Assembly: GCA_035559535.1 (NCBI GenBank)
Contig: DATMBG010000022.1
Coordinates: forward strand, 256,568-320,567
DNA from: Candidatus Limnocylindrales bacterium
GTDB lineage: Bacteria > Moduliflexota > Moduliflexia > Moduliflexales > JAUQPW01
Reading direction: 5' to 3'
Length of the DNA: 64,000 nt
Shown in pieces: positions 39,999 to 51,665 of this stretch; positions within the stretch are counted from its first letter, which is position 1; each line of letters begins with the position of its first letter. The position numbers and the translations under genes were made by a program. The notes beneath the pieces are model-generated. The model saw nothing but the letters and a program-made list of their open reading frames with translations. It was not told the DNA's origin and did no database searches.

Positions 39999-42305
39999 AT
40001 GCCCGGGCCGATGATCCGCAAATTTCTGATTGTCTTTTCTATTTTCCTCTCTATAGGTGCAGGGGCGGCGGGAGGTATGCTCTATCTTTATTTACAAGAT
40101 TTACCTCCCATATCAAAGCTCGAGGAGTTCGAGCCAAGTCTTATTACCAGGGTATATTCCGAAGAAGGGGAGTTAATCGGAGAATTTTTTGAAGAAAGGC
40201 GTATTTTAGTCAATTATGCCGATATTCCTAAGAACCTGATCAATGCCACCATTGCCAAGGAAGATCGGAGATTTTATCAACATCACGGTATTGACTTTTA
40301 CGGAATTGCCCGGGCAGCCCTCGCCAACCTTAAATCCGGTAAGTCTAAAGAAGGCGCCAGCACCATTACCCAGCAATTGGCCCGGGTTTTGTTTTTAACC
40401 CCCGAAAAAAGGCTTGAACGGAAAATTAAAGAAATATTGCTGGCCCTTCAAATCGAAAAGAGGTACTCCAAAGAGGAGATTCTTCGTCTTTATTTTAACC
40501 AAATCTACTATGGTCACGGGGCCTATGGGGTAGAAGCGGCCGCACAAACTTATTTTAACAAAAGCGTTAAAGACTTAACCCTTGCAGAATGTGCCATGTT
40601 GGCGGGTCTTCCGAGATCTCCCAGGTATTACTCCCCCATCCTTTATCCAGAACGGGCCAAACAGCGACGAAAACAAGTCCTTGACTGGATGGTTAAAGAA
40701 GGGAAAATCTCAGAGGAAGAAGCCAGAAAGGCTGCGGAAGAACCTTTCAAGCAGAGAGTAGGACCTGTTCAAAAGCAAATCAATAAAGCTCCTTACTTTG
40801 TGGAATACGTTCGTCAGTATCTGGAGGATAAGTACGAGAGCCAGGCGGTTCATCGAAGTGGACTCAACGTTTATACCACCCTCAACTTAAAAATGCAGGA
40901 AGCCGCAGTGAAAGCTCTACAACAAGGACTTCGGGATCTGGATAAACGGCAGGGGTTCAGACCCCTCAAGCGGGATAAAACGGAGGAGGAATTGAAGGCG
41001 GAGCTGGAGAAAATCCGGGAAGAGGAATGGGCTTCACCTCCCGAGATAAATCAGGTTCTTCACGGAATCGTAAAAGACGTCACGCCTAAGAAAGCAACGG
41101 TTCAAATGGGGAATTACGTGGGTTCACTACCCCGGGAACGAATAGCTTGGACGGGTAGAACCTTGGAAGCTGTTCTTAAACCCAACGATCTCATTCTGGT
41201 CAAAGTCGTGGGAAAAGATGAGAAAACCGGTGAATTTATTCTGGCTTATGATCAAGAACCTCTGGTGGAGGGTGCTTTATTGGCCTTAGATCCCAGGACG
41301 GGTGCTATTAAGGCCATGGTCGGAGGTTATGATTTTTATGAAAGCAAGTTCAACCGGGCGACGCAGGCCCTACGGCAACCGGGCTCGGCCTTTAAGCCTT
41401 TTATCTATACAACCGCCATCGAAAAAGGATATACGCCCGCCTCTAAAATTGAAGACTCCCCCTTTGTTCTTACTGATCCTCAAACCGGTAAGGAATGGCA
41501 GCCAGAAAATTATACCCACCGATACTACGGACCTACCACGCTTCGGGTGGCCCTGGAACAATCCCGAAATGTCGTCGCCGCCAAGCTCTTGATGAAGGTG
41601 GGGATCCGTCATGTGATCGATACAGCCCGAAGAATGGGCATCACCAGTGTTTTAAGTCCTTATCCTTCCCTCGCTCTGGGCAGTTCTGAAGTAACTCTGT
41701 TGGAAATGGTCTCAGCCTACAGCATTTTCGCCAACCAGGGTATCTTGATGGAACCCATCTTTATAACCAAAATTACCGATCGGAACGGTAAAGTTATCGA
41801 GGAAAATATGGGAAGGGCCCAAGAAGTTCTCTCCGAATCTACCGCTGCCATCATGGTTTCTATGCTGAAAGGAGTTATTGAAAGAGGGACGGCTAAAAAA
41901 GCCAAAGTTCTTAATCGACCTCTGGCCGGTAAGACCGGAACCACCAACGATTATACCGATGCCTGGTTTATCGGTTTTTCTCCAAACCTTGTCGCAGGGG
42001 TCTGGGTCGGGTTTGACGAAAAGAAAAAGCTGGGCAAAGATGAAACCGGAGGAAAAGCCGCCCTTCCTATCTGGATCGCCTTCATGAAAGAAGCTCTGGC
42101 CGAAGAACCGGTTGAGGATTTTCCCATTCCAGATAGTGTCAGAGTTGTCAAGATGGATGCAGTATCCGGCCTGTTAGCCAACGGAGCCTGCGAAGGAAAT
42201 ATGGTCCTTCAGGCTTTTAAAAAGGGAACCGAGCCTAAAGAATTTTGTGGTTACAGCTTTGAACCTGAGGATTTTTCTAACGCAACCTCCTACGAAGCGG
42301 ACTGA
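39999..42305 (+). CDS. mrcA: Penicillin-binding protein 1A
   Basis: EDRRF..H.G.D, GASTITQQLAR, RKIKE, OB insert, QPGSAFKP, SRN, KTGT. Confidence 0.93.
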   Translation: MPGPMIRKFLIVFSIFLSIGAGAAGGMLYLYLQDLPPISKLEEFEPSLITRVYSEEGELIGEFFEERRILVNYADIPKNLINATIAKEDRRFYQHHGIDFYGIARAALANLKSGKSKEGASTITQQLARVLFLTPEKRLERKIKEILLALQIEKRYSKEEILRLYFNQIYYGHGAYGVEAAAQTYFNKSVKDLTLAECAMLAGLPRSPRYYSPILYPERAKQRRKQVLDWMVKEGKISEEEARKAAEEPFKQRVGPVQKQINKAPYFVEYVRQYLEDKYESQAVHRSGLNVYTTLNLKMQEAAVKALQQGLRDLDKRQGFRPLKRDKTEEELKAELEKIREEEWASPPEINQVLHGIVKDVTPKKATVQMGNYVGSLPRERIAWTGRTLEAVLKPNDLILVKVVGKDEKTGEFILAYDQEPLVEGALLALDPRTGAIKAMVGGYDFYESKFNRATQALRQPGSAFKPFIYTTAIEKGYTPASKIEDSPFVLTDPQTGKEWQPENYTHRYYGPTTLRVALEQSRNVVAAKLLMKVGIRHVIDTARRMGITSVLSPYPSLALGSSEVTLLEMVSAYSIFANQGILMEPIFITKITDRNGKVIEENMGRAQEVLSESTAAIMVSMLKGVIERGTAKKAKVLNRPLAGKTGTTNDYTDAWFIGFSPNLVAGVWVGFDEKKKLGKDETGGKAALPIWIAFMKEALAEEPVEDFPIPDSVRVVKMDAVSGLLANGACEGNMVLQAFKKGTEPKEFCGYSFEPEDFSNATSYEAD

Positions 42306-42310
42306 TCAAA

Positions 42311-42411
42311 GTATAGAAGTGTGGGAGTGTGGGAGTGTGGGGGTATGGGAGTGTGGAAAGTAAAGTGTTCATACTCCCATACCCCCACACTCCCACACTC
42401 CCATACCCCCA
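42311..42411. repeat. Intergenic octamer tandem/inverted repeat (GGGAGTRT family)
   Basis: GTGTGGGA/GTATGGGA units followed by ATACTCCC/ACACTCCC units forming a long fold-back between convergent genes. Confidence 0.9.
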
Positions 42412-42459
42412 TTACTTTCCCTAGTCCTTCATGGATAAAATCCATAACTTCCGAGCTTT

Positions 42460-43461
<1,002 letters not shown>

Positions 43462-43483
43462 CTAACCTTCCTATTTAGCGTAA

Positions 43484-43612
43484 GGAGTATAGGCGTGGGG
43501 AAGTGTGGGAGTATGGGGGTATGAACACTTTACTTTCCACACTTCCATACCCCCGCACTCCCACACTTCCATACTCCCATACTTCCATGCTCCCCTACTT
43601 CCACACGCCCCT
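43484..43612. repeat. Intergenic octamer tandem/inverted repeat (GGGAGTRT family)
   Basis: GGAAGTGT/GGGAGTAT/GGGGGTAT units, then about 9 ACTTCCAC/ACTCCCAT-type units. Confidence 0.9.
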
Positions 43613-43619
43613 ACCGCCT

Positions 43620-44870
43620 TTATCCTTTGTTAAATTCTGGATATAGAGGAAACTGGGAACACAATTCTCGGACCTCCCCGGCGACTCTCTTTTGCAGATC
43701 CACGTTGGTAACATCCTGAAGCACAGCAGCAATCCATCTTGCGATCTGGATACATTCTGCTTCTTTCATGCCTCGCGTGGTGATAGCGGGGGTTCCGATC
43801 CGAATACCACTGGTTACGAAGGGGCTCTGGGTTTCAAAGGGTACCGTATTTTTATTAACCGTAATTCCCGCCTGGTCTAAAGCCTTTTCTGCCTCCTTAC
43901 CGGTTAGATTTTTATTGGTCAGATTGACCAACATCAGATGATTATCGGTACCTCCGGAGACGAGTCGAAATCCATGCCGCTTGAGCTCTTCGGCCATAGC
44001 CTTGGCATTTTTTACAATCTGCTCTTGATATTTGCGGAACTCCTCGGTCATGGCTTCTTTCAAAGCCACGGCCTTGGCCGCAATGACATGCATTAAGGGT
44101 CCTCCCTGCATTCCAGGAAAAACATTTTTATCGATGATCTGGGCAAATTCCTGTTTGCAGAGAATCATCCCACCCCGGGGACCTCGAAGGGTTTTATGGG
44201 TCGTTGTAGTAACAAATTCCGAATAGGGGATAGGACTTGGATGCATCTTACCTACAATTAGTCCGGCGATATGGGCAATATCCGCCATTACATAGGCTCC
44301 AACTTCATCGGCGATTTCCCGGAATTTTGCAAAATCGATGATTCGGGGATAAGCACTGGCCCCTACAACGATCAGCCTGGGTCTATACTCCCTGGCCAGA
44401 TCGCGAACCTGCTTGAAATCGATCTGTTCGGTTTCCTTATCCACTCCGTAAAAAACCACCTGGAAATATTTTCCCGAAAAGTTAACCGGACTCCCATGGG
44501 TCAAATGCCCACCGTGGGATAAGTTCATCCCCAGAATGGTATCGCCGGGTTTTAATACGGCAAAATAGACTTCCATGTTAGCTTGAGATCCCGAGTGGGG
44601 TTGTACGTTCACATGATCGGCTCCGAAGAGTTGCTTGGCACGCTGAATGGCCAAACTTTCGGCTATGTCCACAAACTCACATCCCCCGTAATATCGTTTC
44701 CCCGGGTAACCCTCTGCATATTTATTGGTCATAATGGATCCCTGGGCCTCCAATACCGCCGGGCTCGTAAAGTTTTCCGATGCTATCAACTCCAGTTTCG
44801 TACGCTGTCTTTCGATTTCCCGCTCTATAGCCGTTGCAATCTCCGGATCAACTTCCCTTAAAAATTTCAT
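43620..44870 (-). CDS. glyA: Serine hydroxymethyltransferase
   Basis: [43 protein letters not shown]. Confidence 0.97.
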   Translation of the reverse strand: MKFLREVDPEIATAIEREIERQRTKLELIASENFTSPAVLEAQGSIMTNKYAEGYPGKRYYGGCEFVDIAESLAIQRAKQLFGADHVNVQPHSGSQANMEVYFAVLKPGDTILGMNLSHGGHLTHGSPVNFSGKYFQVVFYGVDKETEQIDFKQVRDLAREYRPRLIVVGASAYPRIIDFAKFREIADEVGAYVMADIAHIAGLIVGKMHPSPIPYSEFVTTTTHKTLRGPRGGMILCKQEFAQIIDKNVFPGMQGGPLMHVIAAKAVALKEAMTEEFRKYQEQIVKNAKAMAEELKRHGFRLVSGGTDNHLMLVNLTNKNLTGKEAEKALDQAGITVNKNTVPFETQSPFVTSGIRIGTPAITTRGMKEAECIQIARWIAAVLQDVTNVDLQKRVAGEVRELCSQFPLYPEFNKG

Positions 44871-44970
44871 CTCTATCCCTTATCTCTTGTCCATTGTCCG
44901 TTTTTCATTGTAGGAGCAAGGGATCGGTCACCTGCCTTACAACGAATCCCGGACTACAGACAACAGATCA

Positions 44971-45420
44971 TCACATATTTTCTTCTATAAGTTTTTCAAT
45001 TTTTTCTAACCTTTTAGAATGTCGCCCGCCTTCAAATTCCGTACTCAGCCAGATTTTTACCATCTCCCGGGCCAATCCTTTACCCACCACCCGACCCCCC
45101 ATAATCAAAATATTGGCATCGTTATGTTCCCGGCTCATGCGGGCTGTATAGAGGTCCTGACAAAGGGCTGCCCGAACCCCCTTTAACCTTCCGGCGACAA
45201 TGGACATACCGATTCCCGTTCCACAAATGAGAATACCCCGATCTACCTCTTTTCTGGCAACAGACCGGGCCACTTTAATCCCGAAATCGGGATAATCTAC
45301 CGACCGGGTATCATAAGTTCCATGGTCGATAACTTCATGACCTCCCAGCTCTTTAAGATAAGCTTTAATTTCTTCTTTGAGCTCAAAGCCTGCATGGTCA
45401 CTTCCAATAGCTATTTTCAT
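44971..45420 (-). CDS. rpiB: Ribose-5-phosphate isomerase B
   Basis: [30 protein letters not shown]. Confidence 0.95.
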   Translation of the reverse strand: MKIAIGSDHAGFELKEEIKAYLKELGGHEVIDHGTYDTRSVDYPDFGIKVARSVARKEVDRGILICGTGIGMSIVAGRLKGVRAALCQDLYTARMSREHNDANILIMGGRVVGKGLAREMVKIWLSTEFEGGRHSKRLEKIEKLIEENM

Positions 45421-45578
45421 ATTCTAAAGGATACCCACAGCCCTGAGGACTGTCAAGAGTTTTAATCGTTGTCCGTGTAAAAGGACTACAGGGATTGAAA
45501 CGAGATATACCCGGGTCCTTTTTAACAGGCAAAAGAAGAATTCCCTTTACCTCCCCTACACGCCAGGTCAAGCTGAAA

Positions 45579-45628
45579 AGCCCCTCAGGGGCGAACTGTC
45601 GGTAGCCTCCGATGTAAATCGGGGGATT
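45579..45628. repeat. REP-like palindromic element
   Basis: AGCCCCTCAGGGGC and GTAGCCTCCGATGTAAATCGGGGG hairpins; no transposase adjacent. Confidence 0.5.
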
Positions 45629-45903
45629 CAATCATTCAGAATTTTTTCAAGCTCCGTGGCAGCGGCCTGTTAACTGGAGGGGGGATGGGGGGTGTTCAGA
45701 CAGAAAAAGTGACACCTACTAAATTGGTATAGTTACCCGACATCCATTTTTGTTGACAGGCGCCTCAAAATATGGGAAAAAATAAAAGAAGAGGTCCCAT
45801 AATCCTTGTCAGGCTGTAGGACGGTTACACAGCTTCTTCACCTCCTGATTTTCCTTCCCCTAAGCAAGGGCGAGGGGAACAGGAGATAAGGGAGGCAATT
45901 TCG

Positions 45904-46836
45904 ATGAGGAAGGAGAACATGACCTTGGCCTTGCCGCTTGTCATAAGGGAATCTCAAGGTCTTTATCGTTCCAAGATCCCCATTGGCTGTACAAGAACCT
46001 GCTTGTGCCCATCCAATCATATAAACTGCCTGACGGCAAAGGAGTGGATCAAATGCCAGCTTGGGATTTGGCAATTCTTTTATGAGGGTGGGGATATTCG
46101 TGACAAAAACGTCCATCCGGCGACATTCCCGATTGCCCTTTCCAAAAGGGTCATCGGTCTCTTTACACACGAAGGTGAACTTGTCCTCGACCCATTCGTA
46201 GGAAGTGGTACGACCCTTGTGACGGCAAGAGATTTGAATCGAAATGCCATAGGCTTTGACCTCCAAGAAAAGTATATTAATCTTTGCATTGAACGCCTGG
46301 CTTCTGGTAATTTGTTCAACCGTGCTCAACAATTAGCCGTTCAAGATGATGCAAGAAACATCCCGGCCTACCTGAACCCCGAAACGGTCAGTCTGATTTG
46401 GACCTCTCCACCTTATGCTAATCTATTAAATAGAAAACGCCTCAATAAATCCAGACGTGACCGACGCAATGAACAGTTTGGAAGGATCGAACAGTACTCA
46501 CAAGATCCGCGGGACTTAGGCACCATGCCCCTTGAAGAGTATACGAAAGCTATGGGGGACATTTTCGAAGCCTTGCTGCCTTTGCTCAGACCCAAGGCGC
46601 ATTGCGTTATCAACGTCCCGGACATGTGGTGGGAAGATCGGCGTATCACCCTTCACGTTGCTCTCATTGAAGAGTTACGAAAGCGAGGGTATGAACTCAG
46701 GAATATCATCATTTGGGATAAAACGAATATTGTGAACAAGATAGGTATATTCGGTTGGCCGAGCAATTATATTACTATGGGGACAACGTTTGAGTATCTC
46801 TTGGATTTCTGGAGGCCACCGAATGGAACTCTATAA
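45904..46836 (+). CDS. Orphan DNA methyltransferase (N4-C/N6-A family, SPPY catalytic motif)
   Basis: HPATFP, motif I LDPFVGSGTT, then motif IV WTSPPY; N-terminal CTRTCLCPSNHINC. The true start may be downstream of 45904. Confidence 0.88.
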   Translation: MRKENMTLALPLVIRESQGLYRSKIPIGCTRTCLCPSNHINCLTAKEWIKCQLGIWQFFYEGGDIRDKNVHPATFPIALSKRVIGLFTHEGELVLDPFVGSGTTLVTARDLNRNAIGFDLQEKYINLCIERLASGNLFNRAQQLAVQDDARNIPAYLNPETVSLIWTSPPYANLLNRKRLNKSRRDRRNEQFGRIEQYSQDPRDLGTMPLEEYTKAMGDIFEALLPLLRPKAHCVINVPDMWWEDRRITLHVALIEELRKRGYELRNIIIWDKTNIVNKIGIFGWPSNYITMGTTFEYLLDFWRPPNGTL

Positions 46837-46894
46837 AAGATGAACTGATAGACATAGGGCTTTGTTTACTTAGTTTTACTTGACTTTTAAACGG

Positions 46895-47040
46895 CCCTCA
46901 CCCCCGGCCCCTCTAACCTCCCCCTCACCCTCTCCACTTGTGGAGAGGAGGTGGGGGGGGTTAGGGGGGATTAGGGAGTTGATCTGGGGATTTGCCGGCT
47001 CCCCTCTCCCACGCTGTGGGAGAGGGGCCGGGGGGAGGGG
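46895..47040. repeat. Nested CCCCTC/GAGGGG REP-like palindrome
   Basis: Outer arms CCCTCACCCCCGGCCCCTCT and AGAGGGGCCGGGGGGAGGG enclose inner hairpins; CCCCTCTCCCACGCTG is also at 13675-13690. Confidence 0.8.
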
Positions 47041-47080
47041 AAATCAGACAGCTTTTTCAATAAAATCATAGGGAGAGAAT

Positions 47081-47503
47081 ATGGAGAGAAAAAACATATC
47101 AACGGGAACTCCTTGGGAACCGATAGTAGGATATTCCCGGGCCGTCCGGATAGGGCCCTTTGTCCACATATCGGGAACGACCGCCACCGATGAAACCGGT
47201 CGAATCATAGGCCTGGGGGATCCTTACGCCCAGACCGTCCAGGCCCTTCGAAATATTGAATCAGCTCTACGCCAGGCCGGAGCCGGCTTAAAGGATGTGG
47301 TTCGTACCCGGATTTATGTGGTCAATATCCAGGATTGGGAGAAAATCGGGAAAGCCCATGGAGAATTCTTCCGTGAAATTCGACCGGCTACCAGTATGGT
47401 AGAAGTAAGCCGATTAATTGCTCCGGAGATGCTGGTGGAGATCGAAGCAGATGCTTTTATTTCAGAAGGAGGGCAGGAAGGGTCTTCTGCCGAGACACTT
47501 TAA
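47081..47503 (+). CDS. RidA/Rid family protein
   Basis: [33 protein letters not shown]. Confidence 0.9.
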   Translation: MERKNISTGTPWEPIVGYSRAVRIGPFVHISGTTATDETGRIIGLGDPYAQTVQALRNIESALRQAGAGLKDVVRTRIYVVNIQDWEKIGKAHGEFFREIRPATSMVEVSRLIAPEMLVEIEADAFISEGGQEGSSAETL

Positions 47504-47630
47504 GCTGCCTTTATAAATTGCAGGATTTATCAGAAATCCTGACCGGGGATGGCCACCTTCGGCAGGCGGGTTTTTGGGCGTTGGGGCTCGAAGATACGTC
47601 TGAAGGGGCGGACATCCAGAAATGAGATCC

Positions 47631-49307
47631 ATGTACGACCTCATCAAGTTAAATGAACTTAAAAAAGCTAAAGAAACCTGGGAAACTAACCTATCCAAGA
47701 AACTCGCACAGACGCCTGAAAGGAAAAAAGAATTTAAGACTCCCTCCGGGATTGAAATGAAGCGGGTTTTTACCCCGGAAGATATCCAGGATCTGGACTA
47801 TCTGGAAAATCTAAACTTCCCCGGCAGTTACCCTTTTACCCGAGGCGTTCAGCCGACCATGTACCGGGGACGGCTCTGGACCATGCGGCAATATGCCGGA
47901 TTTGCCACGGCAGAGGAGTCCAATAAACGTTACCGGTATCTGCTGGAACAGGGCCAGACCGGATTAAGTATCGCTTTCGATCTTCCCACCCAGATGGGAT
48001 ATGATTCTGATGATCCTCGGGCTTTTGGAGAAGTGGGAAAAGTCGGGGTAGCTATTGATTCTCTGGAAGATATGGAAATTTTATTGAAGGGAATCCCTTT
48101 AGATAAGGTCAGCACTTCTATGACCATCAACTCCACAGCAGCTATTCTTTTAGCTATGTATATCGCCGTAGCAGAAAAGCAGGGGGTTCCCTCGGAAAAA
48201 CTGCGGGGAACGATTCAGAACGATTTACTGAAAGAATATATTGCCCGAGGTACCTATATTTACCCCCCGGAACCCTCCATGCGGATTATTACCGACATCT
48301 TTGCCTTTGCCAAAGACCACGTTCCCAATTGGAACACCATCAGCATCAGCGGGTACCATATTCGGGAAGCCGGAGCCACGGCAGTTCAAGAAGTTGCTTT
48401 TACCTTAGCCAACGGAATTGCTTACGTAGAAGCAGCTCTCAAAGCGGGTCTGGCGGTAGATGATTTTGCTCCTCAACTCTCATTTTTCTTTAATGTCCAC
48501 AATAACTTCCTGGAAGAAGTAGCCAAGTTTCGGGCAGCTCGAAGGATGTGGGCCAGGATTATGAAAGAGCGTTTCAAAGCCCAAGATCCGAGGTCCATGA
48601 TGCTACGATTCCATGCCCAAACGGCCGGAAGTTCTCTGACGGCGCAGCAGCCAGATAATAATGTAGTACGGGTAGCTTTACAGGCCCTGGCAGCTGTTTT
48701 CGGTGGTGCCCAATCCCTCCATACCAATTCCCGAGATGAAGCTTTGGCCCTTCCCACCGAAGACTCTGTACGTATCGCCCTGAGAACGCAACAAATCATT
48801 GCTTATGAAACAGGCGTGGCGGATACCGTTGATCCCCTGGCCGGTTCTTACACCATAGAAGCCCTTACCTGTGAAATTGAAACACGGGCCTGGGCCTACC
48901 TTCATAAAATCGATGAGCTGGGAGGTATGATCCGGGCCATCGAATCCGGATATGTCCAGAGGGAAATCCAGGAAAGTGCCTACCAGTACCAAAAAAGTAT
49001 TGAAAATAAAGAACAAATTATCGTAGGGGTTAATGAGTTTGTCATGGAAGAACGGATACCCTTTGAGATTCTCAAACTCGATCCGGAGTTGGAAAAAGCC
49101 CAGGTGCGGCGGGTTCAAGAGCTCCGGAAGCGTCGAGATAATGAAGCGGTTAAATCGGCTCTAACCCGTTTAAAACAGGTCGCCCAGGGAACCGATAACC
49201 TCATGCCTGCAATCCTGGATGCGGTTAAATGCTATACCACCCTGGGAGAGATCTCCCATGCTTTACGGGAAGTGTTTGGAGAGTATCACGAATCGATTGT
49301 ATTTTAA
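47631..49307 (+). CDS. Methylmalonyl-CoA mutase, substrate-binding (large) subunit
   Basis: PFTRG...[12 protein letters not shown] (Tyr specificity residue), [20 protein letters not shown]; no DxHxxG B12-binding domain. Alternative start at 47622. Confidence 0.92.
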   Translation: MYDLIKLNELKKAKETWETNLSKKLAQTPERKKEFKTPSGIEMKRVFTPEDIQDLDYLENLNFPGSYPFTRGVQPTMYRGRLWTMRQYAGFATAEESNKRYRYLLEQGQTGLSIAFDLPTQMGYDSDDPRAFGEVGKVGVAIDSLEDMEILLKGIPLDKVSTSMTINSTAAILLAMYIAVAEKQGVPSEKLRGTIQNDLLKEYIARGTYIYPPEPSMRIITDIFAFAKDHVPNWNTISISGYHIREAGATAVQEVAFTLANGIAYVEAALKAGLAVDDFAPQLSFFFNVHNNFLEEVAKFRAARRMWARIMKERFKAQDPRSMMLRFHAQTAGSSLTAQQPDNNVVRVALQALAAVFGGAQSLHTNSRDEALALPTEDSVRIALRTQQIIAYETGVADTVDPLAGSYTIEALTCEIETRAWAYLHKIDELGGMIRAIESGYVQREIQESAYQYQKSIENKEQIIVGVNEFVMEERIPFEILKLDPELEKAQVRRVQELRKRRDNEAVKSALTRLKQVAQGTDNLMPAILDAVKCYTTLGEISHALREVFGEYHESIVF

Positions 49308-49382
49308 GGGGAATATTGTCTATGGCCCGAGGTCCAGGGTTGATAGGACCTCCCATGGACCACGGATCATAGACCACAGACC

Positions 49383-50324
49383 ATTAAACAGAGTTTTACC
49401 CTTCGCGTTCTCGATTCAGATGCCCATCAACGGTTGGATACCTTCCTTGCCCACCGGTCCGATGTATCTTTATCCCGATCCCAGGCTGCAAAACTTATTA
49501 AACAGGAGCGGGTTCGGGTGAACGGCCGTCCGGTAAAGCCCAGTTACGAAGTGCAGGTAGGAGATTGGATTGAGGTAGATCTGCCGGAACCGGAACCGCT
49601 GGAACTCGTTCCCGAAGAAATCCCTTTAGATATTCTCTATGAAGATGAAGCCCTTATCGTTTTGAACAAACCGGCGGGCCTGGTGGTGCATCCGGCACCT
49701 GGACACCCAAAAGGAACCCTTGTCCATGCCTTACTGGCCCATTGCCAGAATCTTTCGGGGATCGGAGGGGTCCAAAGACCCGGTATTGTCCATCGACTGG
49801 ATCGAGATACTTCCGGAGTTATGCTGATAGCTAAAACTGATCAGGCCCATCAAAGCCTTTCTACCCAACTGAAGAATCGGGAGATCATCAAGGAATATCT
49901 GGCCGTTGTTCATGGAATTTTTAAAGATAAAAAAGGGACTCTTTCCACAGTGATCGGACGGCATACCCATGATCGTAAGAAAATGTCCGTCTTTACCCGG
50001 CAGGGTCGTCCGGCCGTTACTTCCTATGAAGTGATTGAAGAATTTCCCAATTATTCGCTGGTGAAAATCCAGATCCACACCGGACGTACCCATCAAATCC
50101 GGGTCCATATGAAATATCTGAACCATCCTGTGGTAGGAGATCCTTTGTATGGAAGAGGTGCTAAAGATCAGGCCCTTATCCAGCGCCAGGCCCTCCATGC
50201 AAAACGTATCACTTTTAAACATCCGGTAACCGATCACCCCCTGGAGTTTGTGGCACCCCTACCGCAAGATATGAAAAATCTCCTTGAAAAGCTGCGAGCC
50301 TCATATGGAACTCAATCTCATTAA
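49383..50324 (+). CDS. rluD: RluD-type (RluA family) pseudouridine synthase with S4 domain; probable ATT start
   Basis: RLD..L....SRS, NKPAGLVVHP, HRLDRDTSG, TGRTHQIRVH, GDPLYG, RQALHA. The first canonical start (TTG 49434) falls inside RLD. Confidence 0.88.
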   Translation: MKQSFTLRVLDSDAHQRLDTFLAHRSDVSLSRSQAAKLIKQERVRVNGRPVKPSYEVQVGDWIEVDLPEPEPLELVPEEIPLDILYEDEALIVLNKPAGLVVHPAPGHPKGTLVHALLAHCQNLSGIGGVQRPGIVHRLDRDTSGVMLIAKTDQAHQSLSTQLKNREIIKEYLAVVHGIFKDKKGTLSTVIGRHTHDRKKMSVFTRQGRPAVTSYEVIEEFPNYSLVKIQIHTGRTHQIRVHMKYLNHPVVGDPLYGRGAKDQALIQRQALHAKRITFKHPVTDHPLEFVAPLPQDMKNLLEKLRASYGTQSH

Positions 50325-51630
50325 ATTTAGAGTCGGTGGAGTAGATTTTGGAATTTCCGTTGAGGAAGTCCAGGAGGTTATCTTCTATCCTAAACTGCGC
50401 CCATTACCAAGACCTCTACCCCCTGTTAAAGGGGTCTTCGAATTTCGCAATAGCCTGATCCTTCTCGTGGATCTACGGAAAAGATTGGGATTAGACTTTA
50501 CCGGTTTAACACGCAATACCCGGGTGATTGTAGCCAGATTAACCCAGGGACTTACGGGAATACTCGTGGAATCCCTCTCAGACTTCAAACGTATATCAAC
50601 AGAGTCTCTCCTCCCTCCCATTCCTTTGGCCGGATTCGGTGAAGACCTTTTGAAGGGAATTTATTTACAGGACGATGAGATGATCCTGCTTCCCGATTTT
50701 AATAAGATTCTATTTTCATTTATCCGGATCCAGTTGTCACCTCCCAGCCTCTTCGATCGGATAGCCCTTCGACATAAATTTAATAAAGGTCCGTTAACTT
50801 CGATCCTGGAAGAAATTTATACCCACCGGCAGATACCTTTTTCGACGACGCAGGCCAAGATACTTGCCAGATCCCTGGATCTGCCTGTTACCCAACTTTG
50901 TAAAATAACCTCCTTCTATCAGCGGTTTCATCCTATCTCCCCTCCCATTGAGTCCCTTGAAAGCCCGAGAATAGCCCAATTTGGGGATCAGGAATATCTC
51001 CAGCTTTCTCAACGTTTAGAAGAAGAGGAAAGAAAAGGAAAATTAAACCTTCTGGAGATAGAATCCCATAAGGAATCCCAAGATCTTATGGAGAGATGGG
51101 ATAGTTTCCTGGATAGAAATCCCTTTGACTTACCAAAGCCGGGCCCTAAGCAAGAAGCAAGGAACAAGACGCGAAGTTTTCTTGCTTCCCACCTCTTACC
51201 CCTGGTCACGGATTCTGGGAAGCAAATCCCTTTAACCCGATATAGAGATTTGGCCCGGAGACTGGATCTACCTACCCCCCAACTTGCGCATTTTATCTCC
51301 TTCTATAAAGGAAGTAGGGACAGGAAAATGAGCAAAGAGGATAAAGGGGAGGCCGCTGAGGTTAAATCGAAACCTGAGCTTTCTGTTAAGACCCTTTCGG
51401 AAGATCTTTTATCCGATAAGAACCAACCCTTACCGGAGGTACTTTATACCATTCTGGACCGACAAGGCTCTATCACCCCTGAAGATATTCGATTTATCAG
51501 TCGGGTTCGAAACCTTCCTGCCACGCAAGTCTACAAACTGGTTTCCTTTTTGTACGGGACGGAGGTCATTTTGAAAACAGAAAACTTGACAAGGAACCCG
51601 CAGGCAGTAGATAATGCCGGCTATAAATAA
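50305..51630 (+). CDS. CheW domain fused to three NuoE/HydC N-terminal-like helical repeats
   Basis: CheW: F.VG..DFGI.V..V.EVI....L..LP......GV..FR..LI.LVDLR..LG. Repeats end in LARSLDLPVTQLCKITSFY, LARRLDLPTPQLAHFISFY and ISRVRNLPATQVYKLVSFLY. Confidence 0.75.
   Translation: MELNLIKFRVGGVDFGISVEEVQEVIFYPKLRPLPRPLPPVKGVFEFRNSLILLVDLRKRLGLDFTGLTRNTRVIVARLTQGLTGILVESLSDFKRISTESLLPPIPLAGFGEDLLKGIYLQDDEMILLPDFNKILFSFIRIQLSPPSLFDRIALRHKFNKGPLTSILEEIYTHRQIPFSTTQAKILARSLDLPVTQLCKITSFYQRFHPISPPIESLESPRIAQFGDQEYLQLSQRLEEEERKGKLNLLEIESHKESQDLMERWDSFLDRNPFDLPKPGPKQEARNKTRSFLASHLLPLVTDSGKQIPLTRYRDLARRLDLPTPQLAHFISFYKGSRDRKMSKEDKGEAAEVKSKPELSVKTLSEDLLSDKNQPLPEVLYTILDRQGSITPEDIRFISRVRNLPATQVYKLVSFLYGTEVILKTENLTRNPQAVDNAGYK
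51586..51615 (+). promoter_or_regulatory. Possible internal sigma70 promoter at the end of the CheW fusion gene
   Basis: TTGACA-N18-GATAAT. Confidence 0.35.
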
Positions 51631-51665
51631 AAGGAAGATATTTCTCAAAAGTTCAGGTATTCTGA

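Noticed and set aside
45579-45672. IS200/IS605 element
   Set aside because: Only short hairpins are present, with no tnpA/tnpB coding remnant; kept as a REP-like repeat only.
45904-46836. Complete restriction-modification system
   Set aside because: The flanking gaps contain no ORF resembling an endonuclease or specificity subunit.
51627-51665. Selenocysteine or readthrough at TGA 51663 joining the hidden repeat to an upstream start
   Set aside because: That frame is closed again by TAA at 51624 with no canonical start in between, and no SECIS-like hairpin is evident.
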